This document shows positions 27,309 to 40,369 of a DNA stretch of 64,000 nucleotides, piece by piece (position 1 is the first letter of the stretch; every line of letters begins with the position of its first letter). Below the pieces are notes generated by a model. That model was not told the DNA's origin. It saw only the letters and a list, made by a program, of their open reading frames with translations, and did not search any database. Source of the stretch: Eledone cirrhosa (taxonomy: Eukaryota). The DNA is taken from contig OZ024747.1 in the NCBI GenBank assembly GCA_964016885.1, positions 53,878,001 through 53,942,000 on the forward strand. The letters run 5' to 3'. A program made the position numbers and the translations under genes.

Positions 27309-27844
27309 CATGTGTGTGTATGACTACATATGAAGTATACATTCAAACACATGTATATACATACATATAATATATATACATCTAAAGTCATATAAATTTC
27401 TTTTTTTTCCAGTTTTATTCAACATTTTTCAAAAGTTATTTTACTCATATTTTTTCTTATACCCTCCCCTTTTTTAATTTAAAGATTTAATCAGTCCACT
27501 TCTTTTTAGCCAAATAAAGAATTTGGCAGAATTTCAGAGATTTTGTGTGATGTCTGATGTCATAGAACATTCTATATATTCTTCCCTTCCCCTAACACAG
27601 CTTCACATTCAACTCTTCAAATCTAGCAAACAACAACACCAACAATGACAGCAACAACAAGAACAACACTTTCAACACCCCTCAACCTACCAACAACAAG
27701 AACAATATTATCCCCCACCCCCTCAACCTACCAACAACAAGAACAACATTATCCACCAGCCCCTAAACCTAACAACAACATGAAAAAACACAACAAACAT
27801 AATCACAACTTCACTGAAAGGAACAACAACAACAAATCCCCCCT

Positions 27845-28432
27845 ATCACCCCCATCATCACCACTTTCACCACCACCACCAACAGCACCATCACCACCAT
27901 AAGCACCATCACCACCATAAGCACCACCACCACCATAAGCACCACCACCACCACCATAAGCACCATCACCACCATAAGCACCACCACCACCACCAACAGC
28001 ACCGTCACCACCATAAGCACCACCACCACCACCAACAGCACCATCACCACCATAAGCACCACCACCACCACCAACACCAACAGCACCATCACCACCATAA
28101 GCACCACCACCACCACCACCACCATAAGCACCATCACCACCATAAGCACCACCACCACCACCAACAGCACCGTCACCACCATAAGCACCACCACCACCAC
28201 CAACACCAACAGCACCATCACCACCATAAGCACCACCACCACCACCACCACCATAAGCACCATCACCACCATAAGCACCACCACCACCACCAACAGCACC
28301 GTCACCACCATAAGCACCACCACCACCACCACCACCAACAGCACCGTCACCACCATAAGCACCACCACCAACACCAACAGCACCATCACCACCACCACCA
28401 ACACCAACAGCACCATCACCACCATAAGCACC

Positions 28433-28464
<32 letters not shown>

Positions 28465-28700
28465 CAACAGCACCATCACCAGCACCACCACCAGCACCAC
28501 CATCACCCAAACCACCACCACCATCATGACAACGACCACCATCACCACCACCACCATCAACACCACTGCCACCACCACCATCATCACCACTAACATCATA
28601 CCACCATCAGCACCACCACAACGACCACCATCATCACCACCACCACCACAACCACCACCGCCATCACCACCACCACCACCACCATCACCCACAACAACAA
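27845..28700. repeat. Compound (CAC)n repeat with caccataag and caacag variants
   Basis: Direct reading; the minus strand translates to GGAYGGDGAV repeats. Confidence 0.9.
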
Positions 28701-28822
28701 CAAGGAATCATGTACAAACATTGAAATATTGAAAGCTTTCTGCTTTTTGGCTTCACTTATTTTATTTACCTCCATGGCTTTTTGTTTTAATTTTGTTTTT
28801 CAAAATGTTTTGTAATTTTTAA

Positions 28823-28895
<73 letters not shown>

Positions 28896-29391
28896 GGAAA
28901 AAGTATGACCCCGACGGCAGTTTTGACGGATATTTCTGGTCAATCTTTCCATATAAGGAAGTAACCCCTTGACAAGTTCGGCTATTTATTCACCAGGCTA
29001 AAAATTCTTATTTAATCCAGAGTACTCTGGTACGTTATGGTCCATCTGGTTCCTTACAACCATTCCTTTGTTATATATATATGTATATATATATGTATAT
29101 ATATATATGTATATATATATGTATATATATATATATGTATATATATATGTATATATATATATACATATATATATATACATATATATATATATACATATAT
29201 ATATACATATATATATATATACATATATATATACATATATATATATACATATGTATATATACATATATATACATATATATATATTATTATATATATATAT
29301 ATATATGCTATATTTTAACTCACACAGATTCTCTCTCTTGCATTGACACTTACTCTCACTATCTCTTTCTCCTCTCTCTCCCTATATATAT

Positions 29392-29461
<70 letters not shown>

Positions 29462-29780
29462 TTAAAAATTACAAAACATTTTGAAAAACAAAATTAAAAC
29501 AAAAAGCCATGGAGGTAAATAAAATAAGTGAAGCCAAAAAGCAGAAAGCTTTCAATATTTCAATGTTTGTACATGATTCCTTGTTGTGGGTGATGGTGGT
29601 GGTGGTGGTGATGGCGGTGGTGGTTGTGGTGGTGGTCGTGGTGATGGTGATCGTTGTGGTGGTGCTGAAGGTGGTATGCTGGTAGTGCTGCTGATGGTGG
29701 TGGTGGTAGTGGTGTTGATGGTGGTGATGGTGGTGGTCGCTGTGGTGGTGGTGTTGATGGTGATGGTCGTTGTCGTGGTG
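28520..29780. repeat. Inverted duplication with an identical 130-bp unique core
   Basis: 28701-28830 is the exact reverse complement of 29454-29583; the outer CAC/GTG parts are similar but diverged. Confidence 0.9.
28895..29073. mobile_element. Family B inverted module
   Basis: Minus arm aagtatgaccccgacggcag..., plus arm gagtactctggtacgttatggtccatctggttcctta; TA runs on both flanks. Confidence 0.8.
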
Positions 29781-29845
29781 GTGGCGCTGGTGATGATGGT
29801 GATGATGATGGCGATGGTGATGATGGTGGCAATGGTGGTGGTCGC

Positions 29846-29881
<36 letters not shown>

Positions 29882-29916
29882 AATATATATGTATATATAT
29901 ATATATATTATATAAG

Positions 29917-30016
<100 letters not shown>

Positions 30017-30404
30017 TACAGTCTATGTACACATATACCTATCTACATATAAATTTATTAATCAATATTTCTATCTAGTTACTTATCGACACACGCACAT
30101 ACATGCACAAACACACACACGTCCATACATATACGCACACTCATATACATTCATTTGCCTCTTTCCTCACATTTTACTTCTCTTTCTTCTTATTTCATTT
30201 TCATTTTTCATACCATAGAAAACAAACCATAAAAAATGAAGGAATAAGAATCATTGAATTTATCAATATTATTTAGAAATTTTGCCAAAATATCTTTTCT
30301 TTCCCAATAAAAATGTCCCTTTTACTCAGTTTCAAATATTCTTTATTCACTAGAATGGAGAAAAAAAAAATCTTTTTCTTAAAGAGTATATAAGAATATA
30401 AACT

Positions 30405-30473
<69 letters not shown>

Positions 30474-31099
30474 TATCATCATCATCGTTTAACGTCCATC
30501 TCCCACGCTAGCATGGGTAGGACATATATATATGTATGTATATATATATATATATATATGTATATATTATATATATGTATATATATATACATATATATAT
30601 ATACATATACCATTTTCTGTCTTTATCGATACATTCTCTGTTGTTGTTGTTTTCTATTATTATTTTCAGCCTTGAAGTTGATGTGTGAGGATTTAACTCT
30701 TGCTAATAAAATTGATATTTAATATTGCTTAAGTTGATGGTGGTAGGGATATTGCAGTGGAGATTTTTCTTAACTTTGTCCATAGCCAGGCTTGTCCAAC
30801 TACAGCTCTCGCCCCAAACATGGCCACTGATTGATTTAGACGGAGGTCAAGGCAACGATAGTTAAAATCTCAGCTTTGTGGATCTACAGCTTTAGCTCTA
30901 GTCCTGATGGGAAATATATACTCCCAAAATACATAACAGATCAGAGCAGGATGGGAAATGCAGACCACAATCTCACCATCAACTTAGTTATGAAGCTAGA
31001 CCATAGGTAAAATGTAGCCCCACCTTTTCACCACACACACACAGACGTACACATACACAAACACACACATACACCCATACATACACACACACACATACA

Positions 31100-31176
<77 letters not shown>

Positions 31177-31178
<2 letters not shown>

Positions 31179-31508
31179 TTATTAAAATAACAGATTAAAG
31201 TTTAAGCAAACAATCGCTGCTTTCACCCTTAACGGGATCTTCTGAAACTAACAAAATCAATCTGTGAACGCAGAAGTAAATATTTCAAAAAACGTTGCAA
31301 CCGGAGGAAGACAGGAAGACGATACTTTGGTTCGTGGAAACGTTCCCTGGCAAAGAACGGGAAAAAACGAATATAATACGTCCTTAATAGCAGCGGTGAA
31401 AAACAATTACAACACGCAAAGACAGAACCACGTTTATGGTATAAAAGAAGTCGTAGACTAATATTCTATTAGGTGGTTCTTAGAGACGTTCTCTGGCAAT
31501 GAACGGAA
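31177..31508 (-). mobile_element. Family G module with a variant hammerhead (about 31199-31249)
   Basis: Reverse complement AGTTT CAGAAGA tcccgttaagggt GAAA GCA gcgattgtt TGC TT AAACT. Confidence 0.65.
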
Positions 31509-31523
31509 ATATATATATATATA

Positions 31524-31835
31524 GTTATACTTTGGGAGGGTCATGTTGCCAATAACAACACATGCACCGGTTGGTTTTCACTTCAATTTATTATACATTT
31601 CTGGTTGGTTGTTTATTTAGTTCGATAATCGGAAAATTGTTTATATATTGTCAAAGCTCTCTTGTCACACATTCTGTGTTCTCCTCAGTGACTAGGTTTT
31701 TATTTTGTGTCCCTCCATTGTTATGTCCAACGCTACCTTGTTTTTATTGGCAACATGACCCTCTCAAAGTATAACAATATCAGTTTCAACACATGTTTTC
31801 AGATAAGAAATCTTGCAAAACAAATTCAAAAACGA
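31524..31835. mobile_element. Family F foldback with degenerate hammerhead-like motifs on the minus strand
   Basis: 31524-31555 is inverted relative to 31744-31775; related to 45083-45220. Confidence 0.7.
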
Positions 31836-31870
31836 ATTATATATATATATATATATATATATACAGAGAG

Positions 31871-32284
31871 AGAATTAAAATTTAGCTTCGGAATAGCTGT
31901 ATACATACATGTATGTAAATTTCGTATATCTAAAGATATATGGTATGTTTAGTAAATAAACATTTCGAAAGCCCGGCTATGAATTGAAAGGCTGACAGCA
32001 TCTACCATCTAGTGGATTCCAGCAGAAGCAGCGAAGAATACTATTCTGATATTTCGAGCTTATGGCACTCATCAGGAAAGTGCTTCCCCTTGCTTTCTGG
32101 AATTTTAGAAAAACGAAAATATATAATTTTTTCACCTGTGTAGGTAGGCTGATTAGCCTCATTTGCATATGAAGCTGTATAAGGTGGTTCAACTTAAAAG
32201 TAGAATTAAAATTTAGTTTCAGCATAGCTGTATACATACATGTTTGTGAATTTCGTATATCTGAAGATATACAGTATGATTTAT
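31871..32284 (+). mobile_element. Retrozyme/pLTR-like unit: direct repeats of about 80 bp, 331 bp apart
   Basis: 31871-31951 resembles 32202-32283; cores CTAAAGA and CTGAAGA; GAAAGCCCGGCTA at 31967. Confidence 0.7.
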
Positions 32285-32331
<47 letters not shown>

Positions 32332-32342
32332 AATATATACAG

Positions 32343-32378
<36 letters not shown>

Positions 32379-32457
32379 GTGTGTGTGTGTGACAACATAT
32401 GTACCTGTAAACTTGCCTAATTTGTCAAGAGTTACTCAAATATATTATTGTTACTAA

Positions 32458-32660
32458 GGGTGGGGGATTGGCAGTATCGGTAGAGGGTCGGACGCCATGC
32501 TTTCCAGTATAGTGTACGTCCCTTTACGATCTGAGTTCAAATCCTGCCGAGGTTGACTTTGCCTTTCATCCTTACGGGGGTCGATAAAATAAAGTACCAA
32601 TAAAGTACCAGTAATGTACTGGGTCTTTGCTGGCCTTGTGCCTAAAGTAGAGACAATTAT
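32458..32660 (+). mobile_element. SINE family 1
   Basis: Sequence match, with a small internal duplication ataaagtacca. Confidence 0.9.
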
Positions 32661-32982
32661 TGTTACTATTATTATTATAAAAATATCTTCATCACTATCA
32701 TCATTGACCTCCTCCTCCTCCTCCTCATCCTCCTCATTATTAGTAGCAGTGGCAGTAGCAGTAAGTAGTACATATTCGTCGTAGTAGTAATAATAAGTAA
32801 TAGTAGTCGTAGTAGTAGTAGTAGTAGTAGTAGTGGTATTTTTAGCAAGATGCTTATGTACTGGAATTTGCTGAAGCATGAAGCAATAATTGGTGAGGAA
32901 CCATTAAAAATATCTTGCTGCTATTGCAACCTGTACATCATACATATATACATATATACATATATACGTATATATATATACG

Positions 32983-33014
<32 letters not shown>

Positions 33015-33024
33015 CACCTCCCCA

Positions 33025-33085
<61 letters not shown>

Positions 33086-33235
33086 GATAGATAGATAGAT
33101 AGATATATACAGACCCATAAATATAAACATATATATATATAGAGAGAGATATAGATATATAGATATATACACACACACACATGCATATATATATAAATAC
33201 ACCTCCCCACCCATACACACACACACATATATATA

Positions 33236-33270
<35 letters not shown>

Positions 33271-33462
33271 CATGGGTCTCTCAGCAGACAGTATTGGGTA
33301 CAATAGACACTGTGTATGCTGATGTCGAGACAGTAGTCTGTAGATAAACATATTCTAGTCTGTACACATACTGAAATATCTTCACAAACACACAGGCTTA
33401 CACACACATATGTTTATACACATGTACACACTATAGTCACACATGCAAATCTACATATTTCA

Positions 33463-33512
<50 letters not shown>

Positions 33513-33974
33513 CAGGCATGTGTTGTGTCGACAGACAACCCCACTAAGATTAATTGCATGAGTAGAATATAATGTAAACACATTTAAATTTATGCTCTAG
33601 TGAAAATCTATCTTAAGTATATGTGGAGTATATATATATAACTCATACTATATATATATATATTACATACATATCATCTGTCTGTTATATGTACAAGACA
33701 CTCATCCATACTTTATGTATATATACATGTATGAAAATACAATGTTGTCTCTGATCGAGGCAAAGCAAGAGTGTATTTGAATATATATCAAGAGGAGGAT
33801 ACTCATCAGCTAAATGCTGTCAAAGACAGTGATGGACAAAAGTGGTCTCAGAGGGCAGAGACCATTGGCCAGTGGTAAACAGGGAGATAATCATTAGACA
33901 ACATTTAGCTATTCTAACAGCTGCTCTAGGGATGAGTTTTCTCATATTTATCATCATCATCATCATCATCATCA

Positions 33975-34316
33975 TCATTTCGTTTTACGTCCGCTTTTCC
34001 CTGCTTGCAAAGGGTGGGACGGGAACTGATTCTGGCTTGATTTCTACAGCTGGATGCCCTTCCTAACACCAACCTCATTTACAGTGTGGGATGGGTGCTT
34101 TTTTTTTTTTTCCGTGGCGCCTACACGTCCACTTTACAGTGGAATGATAGGGACCCCATTCCCTATCATCTCATTTCTACAGCTGAGTAAACTGTGGAGC
34201 AATGTGAAATAAAGTGTCTTGCTCAAGTAAACAACACATCACACGGTCTGAGAATTGAACTCACTACCTTTCGATTGCAAGGCCAATGCTCTAACCACTA
34301 AGCCATGTGCCTCCAT
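33975..34316 (-). mobile_element. CORE-SINE family 2
   Basis: Near-identical to 22655-22999. Confidence 0.9.
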
Positions 34317-34587
34317 ATATATATATACATATATAACCCCCTCATCATCATCATTTTTATGTCAACTTCTCCCTCCTAGCATGGGTTAGTCAGGACTTTC
34401 TAGGTAATGTTTTACAGTCAGATGCCCTTCTTGTTAACCAACACTTATAGTCACTTCACAGGATATGGATATCATGTCTCTAATCAAAACCTGATGTACA
34501 CATGCACCTACTATCTCTCTCTCTCTCTCTCTCTCATTCACTCTCACTCTCTCTCTCTCTCACTCACTCTCTCTCACTCACTCTCTA

Positions 34588-34622
<35 letters not shown>

Positions 34623-34883
34623 GTATATGACATACATATACCCAGCTGGATTCATTTCTCTATATATAATCTGTAACACTTGACTCTCAGCAGCCATATA
34701 TCTATCTTGGTTATCCTCATCTTCAGGTGTTGCCACGGAAGCTGAGTACCCCTTCGAGCTTCAACTAGCAAAAGTGGGACTATTTCCTATCATGAGCAAT
34801 TTATCTTTAGTCTTTTCAATTTAAATTTCACAGCCTTCCACAATATCAATAAAAGACTAATCAATAATCATTATGAGCTTTCT

Positions 34884-35058
34884 AAGGCAGTGGATTGGCA
34901 GTATTGGTAGAGGGTCGGACGCCATGCTTTCCAGCATAGTTACGTCCCTTAACGATCTGAGTTCAAATCCCGCTGAGGTTGACTTTGCCTTTCATCCTTA
35001 CGGCGTCGATAAAATAAAGTACTGGGAAATTGCTGGCCTTGTGCCTAAAGTAGAAACA
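34884..35058 (+). mobile_element. SINE family 1 with a 14-bp TSD
   Basis: attatgagctttct at 34870-34883 and 35059-35072. Confidence 0.95.
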
Positions 35059-35065
35059 ATTATGA

Positions 35066-35685
35066 GCTTTCTTGATCTAGGAATTTGCCCTCCCTTCTGT
35101 GTTTGGTCTTCTTCTAACACGGATTTTCTTGATCCAAGAAACTGTCCTACCTTCATTGTTTGGTCTTCTTCTAACATGGACTTTCTTGATCCAAGAAACT
35201 GTCCTACCTTCATTGTTTGGTCTTCTTCTAACATGGACTTTCTTGATCCAAGAAACTGTCCTACCTTCATTGTTTGGTCTTCTTCTAACATGGACTTTCT
35301 TGATCCAAGAAACTGTCCTACCTTCATTGTTTGGCCTTCTTCTAACATGGACATTCTTGATCCAAGAACCTTCCCCACCATCTTTATTTGGTCTTCTTCT
35401 AACATGGATTTTCTTGATCCAAGAAACTGTCCTACCTTCATTGTTTGGCCTTCTTCTAACATGGACTTTCTTGATCCAAGAACCTGCCCCACCATCTTTA
35501 TTTGGTCTTCTTCTAACATGGATTTTCTTGATCCAAGAAACTGTCCTACCTTCATTGTTTGGCCTTCTTCTAACATGGACTTTCTTGATCCAAGAACCTG
35601 CCCCACCATCTTTATTTGGTCTTCTTCTAGCTTGGACTTTCTTGATCCAAGAAACTGTCCTACCTTCATTGTTTGGCCTTCTAGC
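35066..35685. repeat. 57-bp minisatellite, about 11 units
   Basis: Unit GGACTTTCTTGATCCAAGAAACTGTCCTACCTTCATTGTTTGGTCTTCTTCTAACAT; two variants alternate in the distal half. Confidence 0.95.
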
Positions 35686-36401
35686 ACCTTCCACTCCCCA
35701 CACACCTCTCTAAGCTTCATTTTTAATGTTTCATATATCTAGGGGTGAATGGGATTATATGTAATTGCCCTCGTTGGCTAAAATATAGAAATTATCCTCC
35801 TCCTCTTCCTCCACATTATCATCATTAGTGGTATAGCAATAGTCGTGATGGTAGTAGCAACAATAATTGTATAGCATGTTGTTGTTAACACTGTAGTTGG
35901 CAATTTTAGTTTTGTTATTGTTGTTGCAGGTTATTTCAATCCTTGTAAAATTCTCATAACTGTTTGTGATATTGTTATCAGAAGTTCTTTGATGCAGTTG
36001 TTGTTGATGCTGTTGCTGTTGTTGTTGTTATTTCTGCTGCAATATTTCAGCCTGATTTAAAAAGAAAAAAATATTATTTTTCAATATTAACTGACTGAAC
36101 ACTGAATATTATAAATACCAAAGTTCTAAGTTGCACAAGGCTCCAAATAATACAAAATAGTTAATGCACCAAATAACCCCTGATTGCAATCGACACAACT
36201 CTGGGAAGTTATCCATCCATCCAGAGAAAAATCTATTTATTAATGCTTACACCCATTCAAGCAGCCATCCATGCATCCAGACATAAATGTATGCATAGAT
36301 ACAGAAATACATGTGTGTAAATGGACAACAATAGCTACATTAGCATAGTGATATTCATGTTTGAGTATATGCTCATATATGTATACACACTCATACACAC
36401 T

Positions 36402-36470
<69 letters not shown>

Positions 36471-36499
36471 ATGTATATATATATATATATATATATATA

Positions 36500-36550
<51 letters not shown>

Positions 36551-36636
36551 TAATGTATATATATATATATAATGTATATATATATATATATATATAATGT
36601 ATATATATATATATAATGTATATATATATATATATA

Positions 36637-36695
<59 letters not shown>

Positions 36696-37444
36696 GTATA
36701 GATATATAATGTATGTATATATATATAATGTATATATATATATATAATGTATATATATATATATAATGTATATATATATATAATGTATATATATATAATG
36801 TATATATATATATGTATGTATATATATATATATATAATCTTTATTATCCTCATTTTACATCTGCTTTTAAAGTTATGAGTTGGGCGGGTATCAGGTTCTG
36901 AGACTAAAGAGGTCAGAGAGATCTTGTACTGCTCATGTATTCCATATTTGGCATGGCTTTTATGGATGGATGGTTTCCGTGCACCAAGTAATTTACAATG
37001 TGCACTGCATGCATTTTATTGAGGAAGCAGTGCTATCTCTTTACAGAGTGTACTGGAGGCAATCTACACACACACACACACATACAGACAGACATGCATT
37101 TCTGATTTTTATGTCGAATAATAATAATATAACAATAATAATAATATTCGATTCATTTGCAAACATATGTATCCACTATTTTAGAGCGGATACAAATTAT
37201 GTATATATATAAATACTTTCAGCTCATTACTGAGTATGACCAGCCATTCTGCACCATTCACCTTCCCTTTAAATTGACAGTGTCTCTCCATCGTGCATCC
37301 TTGAATTGAATGAGATGTCCACCAATACAATAAGATCTTCTAGACACCAACTGTAAATGAACAAAGGATGAAGCAGCACAGCTGACCATGGAATATATGT
37401 ATAAATATAAATATATTACTAGCATCATCATCATCATTATCATC

Positions 37445-37509
<65 letters not shown>

Positions 37510-37510
<1 letters not shown>

Positions 37511-38270
37511 CATGGTAGGCAGTCAGGTAAAGAAAGAGGAAGTGTGAAATTGAGTGGAAGATCAGATAGAAGGGCTTTAATTACAGGAACCAGACAGAAC
37601 CAGTTTTCTGGATCCCCTTTCTATAATGTGCTTCCTAATCTCACAAACATAAAATATTGAAAAGTAAAAGGGAGTGGCCTGTGCAACTGCTGTAAGGCTG
37701 GAATGATGAGGCACATACTGTTCAATTATCAATTAGGCCTGAAGAGCAGACATACAAGGTGGTACAACTAGGTAGTTAGAGTACTGGCTGATGTAGTGTA
37801 AGAGTGGATGAAGAGGATGTACAATGGCAAGAGGCCATAAATGGTGGAGAAGAACAGGATGGTTTGTAAAGAAGAACAACACTGAAACAGAGCCACTAAG
37901 AAAAAAAGCAGGCCTAAAATAGAAGCTTTCTGTGGTCTCAGTAGTGCTCTATAGCAAATACCACTTCCCCTTTTATACCAAAATTTGACATTACCACATC
38001 TTGTGATGCAACGAAAGGTAGATGGTAAAGGTGAAGCAGCTTACTGTTGTCTGGGAGGTGAACATCAATGATACATTTGACAGGAAGTACAATGAGCTGG
38101 TTGAACTCAGGTTTCCTTGTAGAGGTAGGAGGTTACTTCAGAACCAGGGTTGACATGCTGCTAAGGGGCCTAGAATGTCAGCAAAAGAAGGGAAACTCTC
38201 TTTGAGTGCATTATTGGAAGCAGGTGAGAAAGTGACTCACTACAACTGACTCAAAAGAGAATATTAATGA
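37510..38270 (+). mobile_element. Decayed RLE-type non-LTR retrotransposon C-terminus (HERO/NeSL-like)
   Basis: Patches YNVLPN, MRHILFN..RHTRWYN*VVRVLA, QLTVVWEVNI..RKYNEL, VEVGG and ALLEAGEK follow the order of the zinc knuckle and restriction-like endonuclease motifs. Confidence 0.65.
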
Positions 38271-38399
38271 TGCTCTTGACACATCATCAGTCTTGTCAAA
38301 GTACATGCTTTTGTGACATGTTGAAATGCATGGAGGCACAACAACAGACTCATGTAATATTAAGTTGTTGTACAAGAGTTTCATCACCTACATTGGTGT

Positions 38400-38945
38400 G
38401 TTCCCCCAAGTATATCTATTGTAGTTGACAACAGGAAAACAGTACAGAGTTTTTCACAATTGCTTTCCTGCATATAAGGGATGTCATTTCCCTGATGCCA
38501 CAAAGTCCAGTCTACTTTCCTACATCCTATAACTTTTGTCTTTTCTATGTTTACTCTAGAGCCATTCAGTTTTAGTTTTTGATTCCACAACTGGAATTTT
38601 TCTTGAAATAAAATTAAAAATTGAAGGTCAGCCACATACATAAGCACATACACACTTACATACACGTATTCACACATTCACAGACATATATATATATATA
38701 TATATATATGTGATGCACATAGAGGATGACCGCTGGGTAAAGAAGTGCCAAGAAATCCCAGTAGAAGGAAGACGCAGTAGAGGTAGACCACGAAAAACAT
38801 AGGCAGAGGTGGTGAGAGCAGACCTCAGATTGCTGAAACTCATGGAGGAGATGACGAAGGACTGTGACAAGTGGAGAGATGCTGTGCTGAATAGGACCAG
38901 TCCAACCCTTGTAAGCAGGGAAAAGCAGACATAAAATGATGATGA
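38400..38945. mobile_element. RTE LINE fragments (38400-38640 minus, 38710-38945 plus)
   Basis: GSRVNIEKTKVI on minus; VKKCQEIPVEGRRSRGRPRKT and tail on plus. Confidence 0.8.
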
Positions 38946-38947
38946 TG

Positions 38948-38979
<32 letters not shown>

Positions 38980-39014
38980 TGACACACACACATATGTGTA
39001 TGTATGTTTGTATA

Positions 39015-39069
<55 letters not shown>

Positions 39070-39794
39070 ATGATAGATATATCTAAAGACATAGACAGAT
39101 AGATCAATTGGTCTGAGTGAGATGAAAGTTGAAATATTTCTCAAATTGAAGTGAAGTCAGTTTGGTTGGAAGCTTCAAAACAGAAATGAAGTGATGTGTC
39201 TGTGGGAGGAGGATATGAGGCAGGGATCAAATAGAAGTGGGGCTCGAGTAGGAGTTATCTGGGCTTCTGGGGATATCTAGGGAGTTTGGCAAGGGGAGAA
39301 GAGTGAAACAGTTTTTAAGATCAAAAGAAAGTTTCATAAAATGGAAATAGAGAAACAAAGAAGAGTAAAGAGAAAACAAGAACAAAAGATGATAAAAAGA
39401 TGTACATGTATATGAAACTATATATATATATATAAATGTATGTGCATGTATATATATATGTGTGTATATATATATGTATATATATATATATATGTATGTA
39501 TTTGTGTATATATGTATATATATATATGTATGTATGTGTGTATATATGTATGTATGTATATATATGTTTGTTTGTATGTATGCATGTACACACACACACA
39601 TATATATATATTTCCAACAAATTAAATATCTCTTCTACATATATATATATATATATATATGTAGAAGAGATATTTAATTTGTTGGAAATCCAACAAATAT
39701 AGATGTTTATAACTGATTCAGAGCACTCGACAGACTTCTGGAGTAAGTATTCAATGATATTAAATAAATGTAAACTATACTTATAAAACCATAT

Positions 39795-39856
39795 TTTTCT
39801 ATTATATATATTTCAAGGGTACCAAAAACTTTGGTACGCTATCATCAGATAAAATA
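39795..39856 (-). ncRNA. Type I hammerhead ribozyme motif
   Basis: TATTTTAT CTGATGA tagcgtaccaaagtttttggtaccctt GAAA TATATA TA ATAGAA. Confidence 0.85.
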
Positions 39857-39990
39857 CAAAATGTTTTATAAATATTTGTCATGACCAAGGATAATATACC
39901 TTCACGGTTCAAGTTATCACTTTCCAGGGATAACTTGAACCATTAAGGTATATTATCCTTGGTCATGACAAATATTTATAAAACATTTTG

Positions 39991-40049
39991 TATTTTATCT
40001 GATGATAGCGTACCCAAATTTTTACACTTGAAATATATATAATAGAAAA
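39991..40049 (+). ncRNA. Type I hammerhead ribozyme motif (stem II decayed)
   Basis: TATTTTAT CTGATGA (39999-40005) ... GAAA (40030-40033) TATATA TA ATAGAA. Confidence 0.75.
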
Positions 40050-40088
40050 ATATGTTTTATAAATATAGTTTACATTTATTTAATATCA

Positions 40089-40132
<44 letters not shown>

Positions 40133-40135
<3 letters not shown>

Positions 40136-40323
40136 AAAATGTTCAAGACCCCGACGGCAGAGCTCAAGCCGTTTCGACGGCTATTTCAGTCTAGAAATAG
40201 CCGTCGAAACGGCTTGAGCTCTGCAGCCGGAGTCCTACATTTCCTATTACCCACTCTACTACCCTAAGTATTGAGTACTCTGGTGTGTTATGGTCCATCT
40301 AGTTCCTTACCACAACTCCTTCG

Positions 40324-40325
<2 letters not shown>
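40133..40325. mobile_element. Family B foldback
   Basis: gcagagctcaagccgtttcgacggctatttc agtcta gaaatagccgtcgaaacggcttgagctctgc. Confidence 0.85.

Positions 40326-40366
<41 letters not shown>

Positions 40367-40369
<3 letters not shown>

Larger units (their letters stand above)
39610..40090. mobile_element. Family A foldback with two hammerheads and an extra inverted 3' tip
   Basis: Arms at about 39755-39917 and 39929-40088; 39610-39689 is a separate palindrome centred on TA. Confidence 0.85.

Noticed and set aside
33745-33812. Hammerhead-like words ctgatcga..gaatatatatc and a minus-strand ctgatga..gata
   Set aside because: Both have core defects and no convincing stem I.
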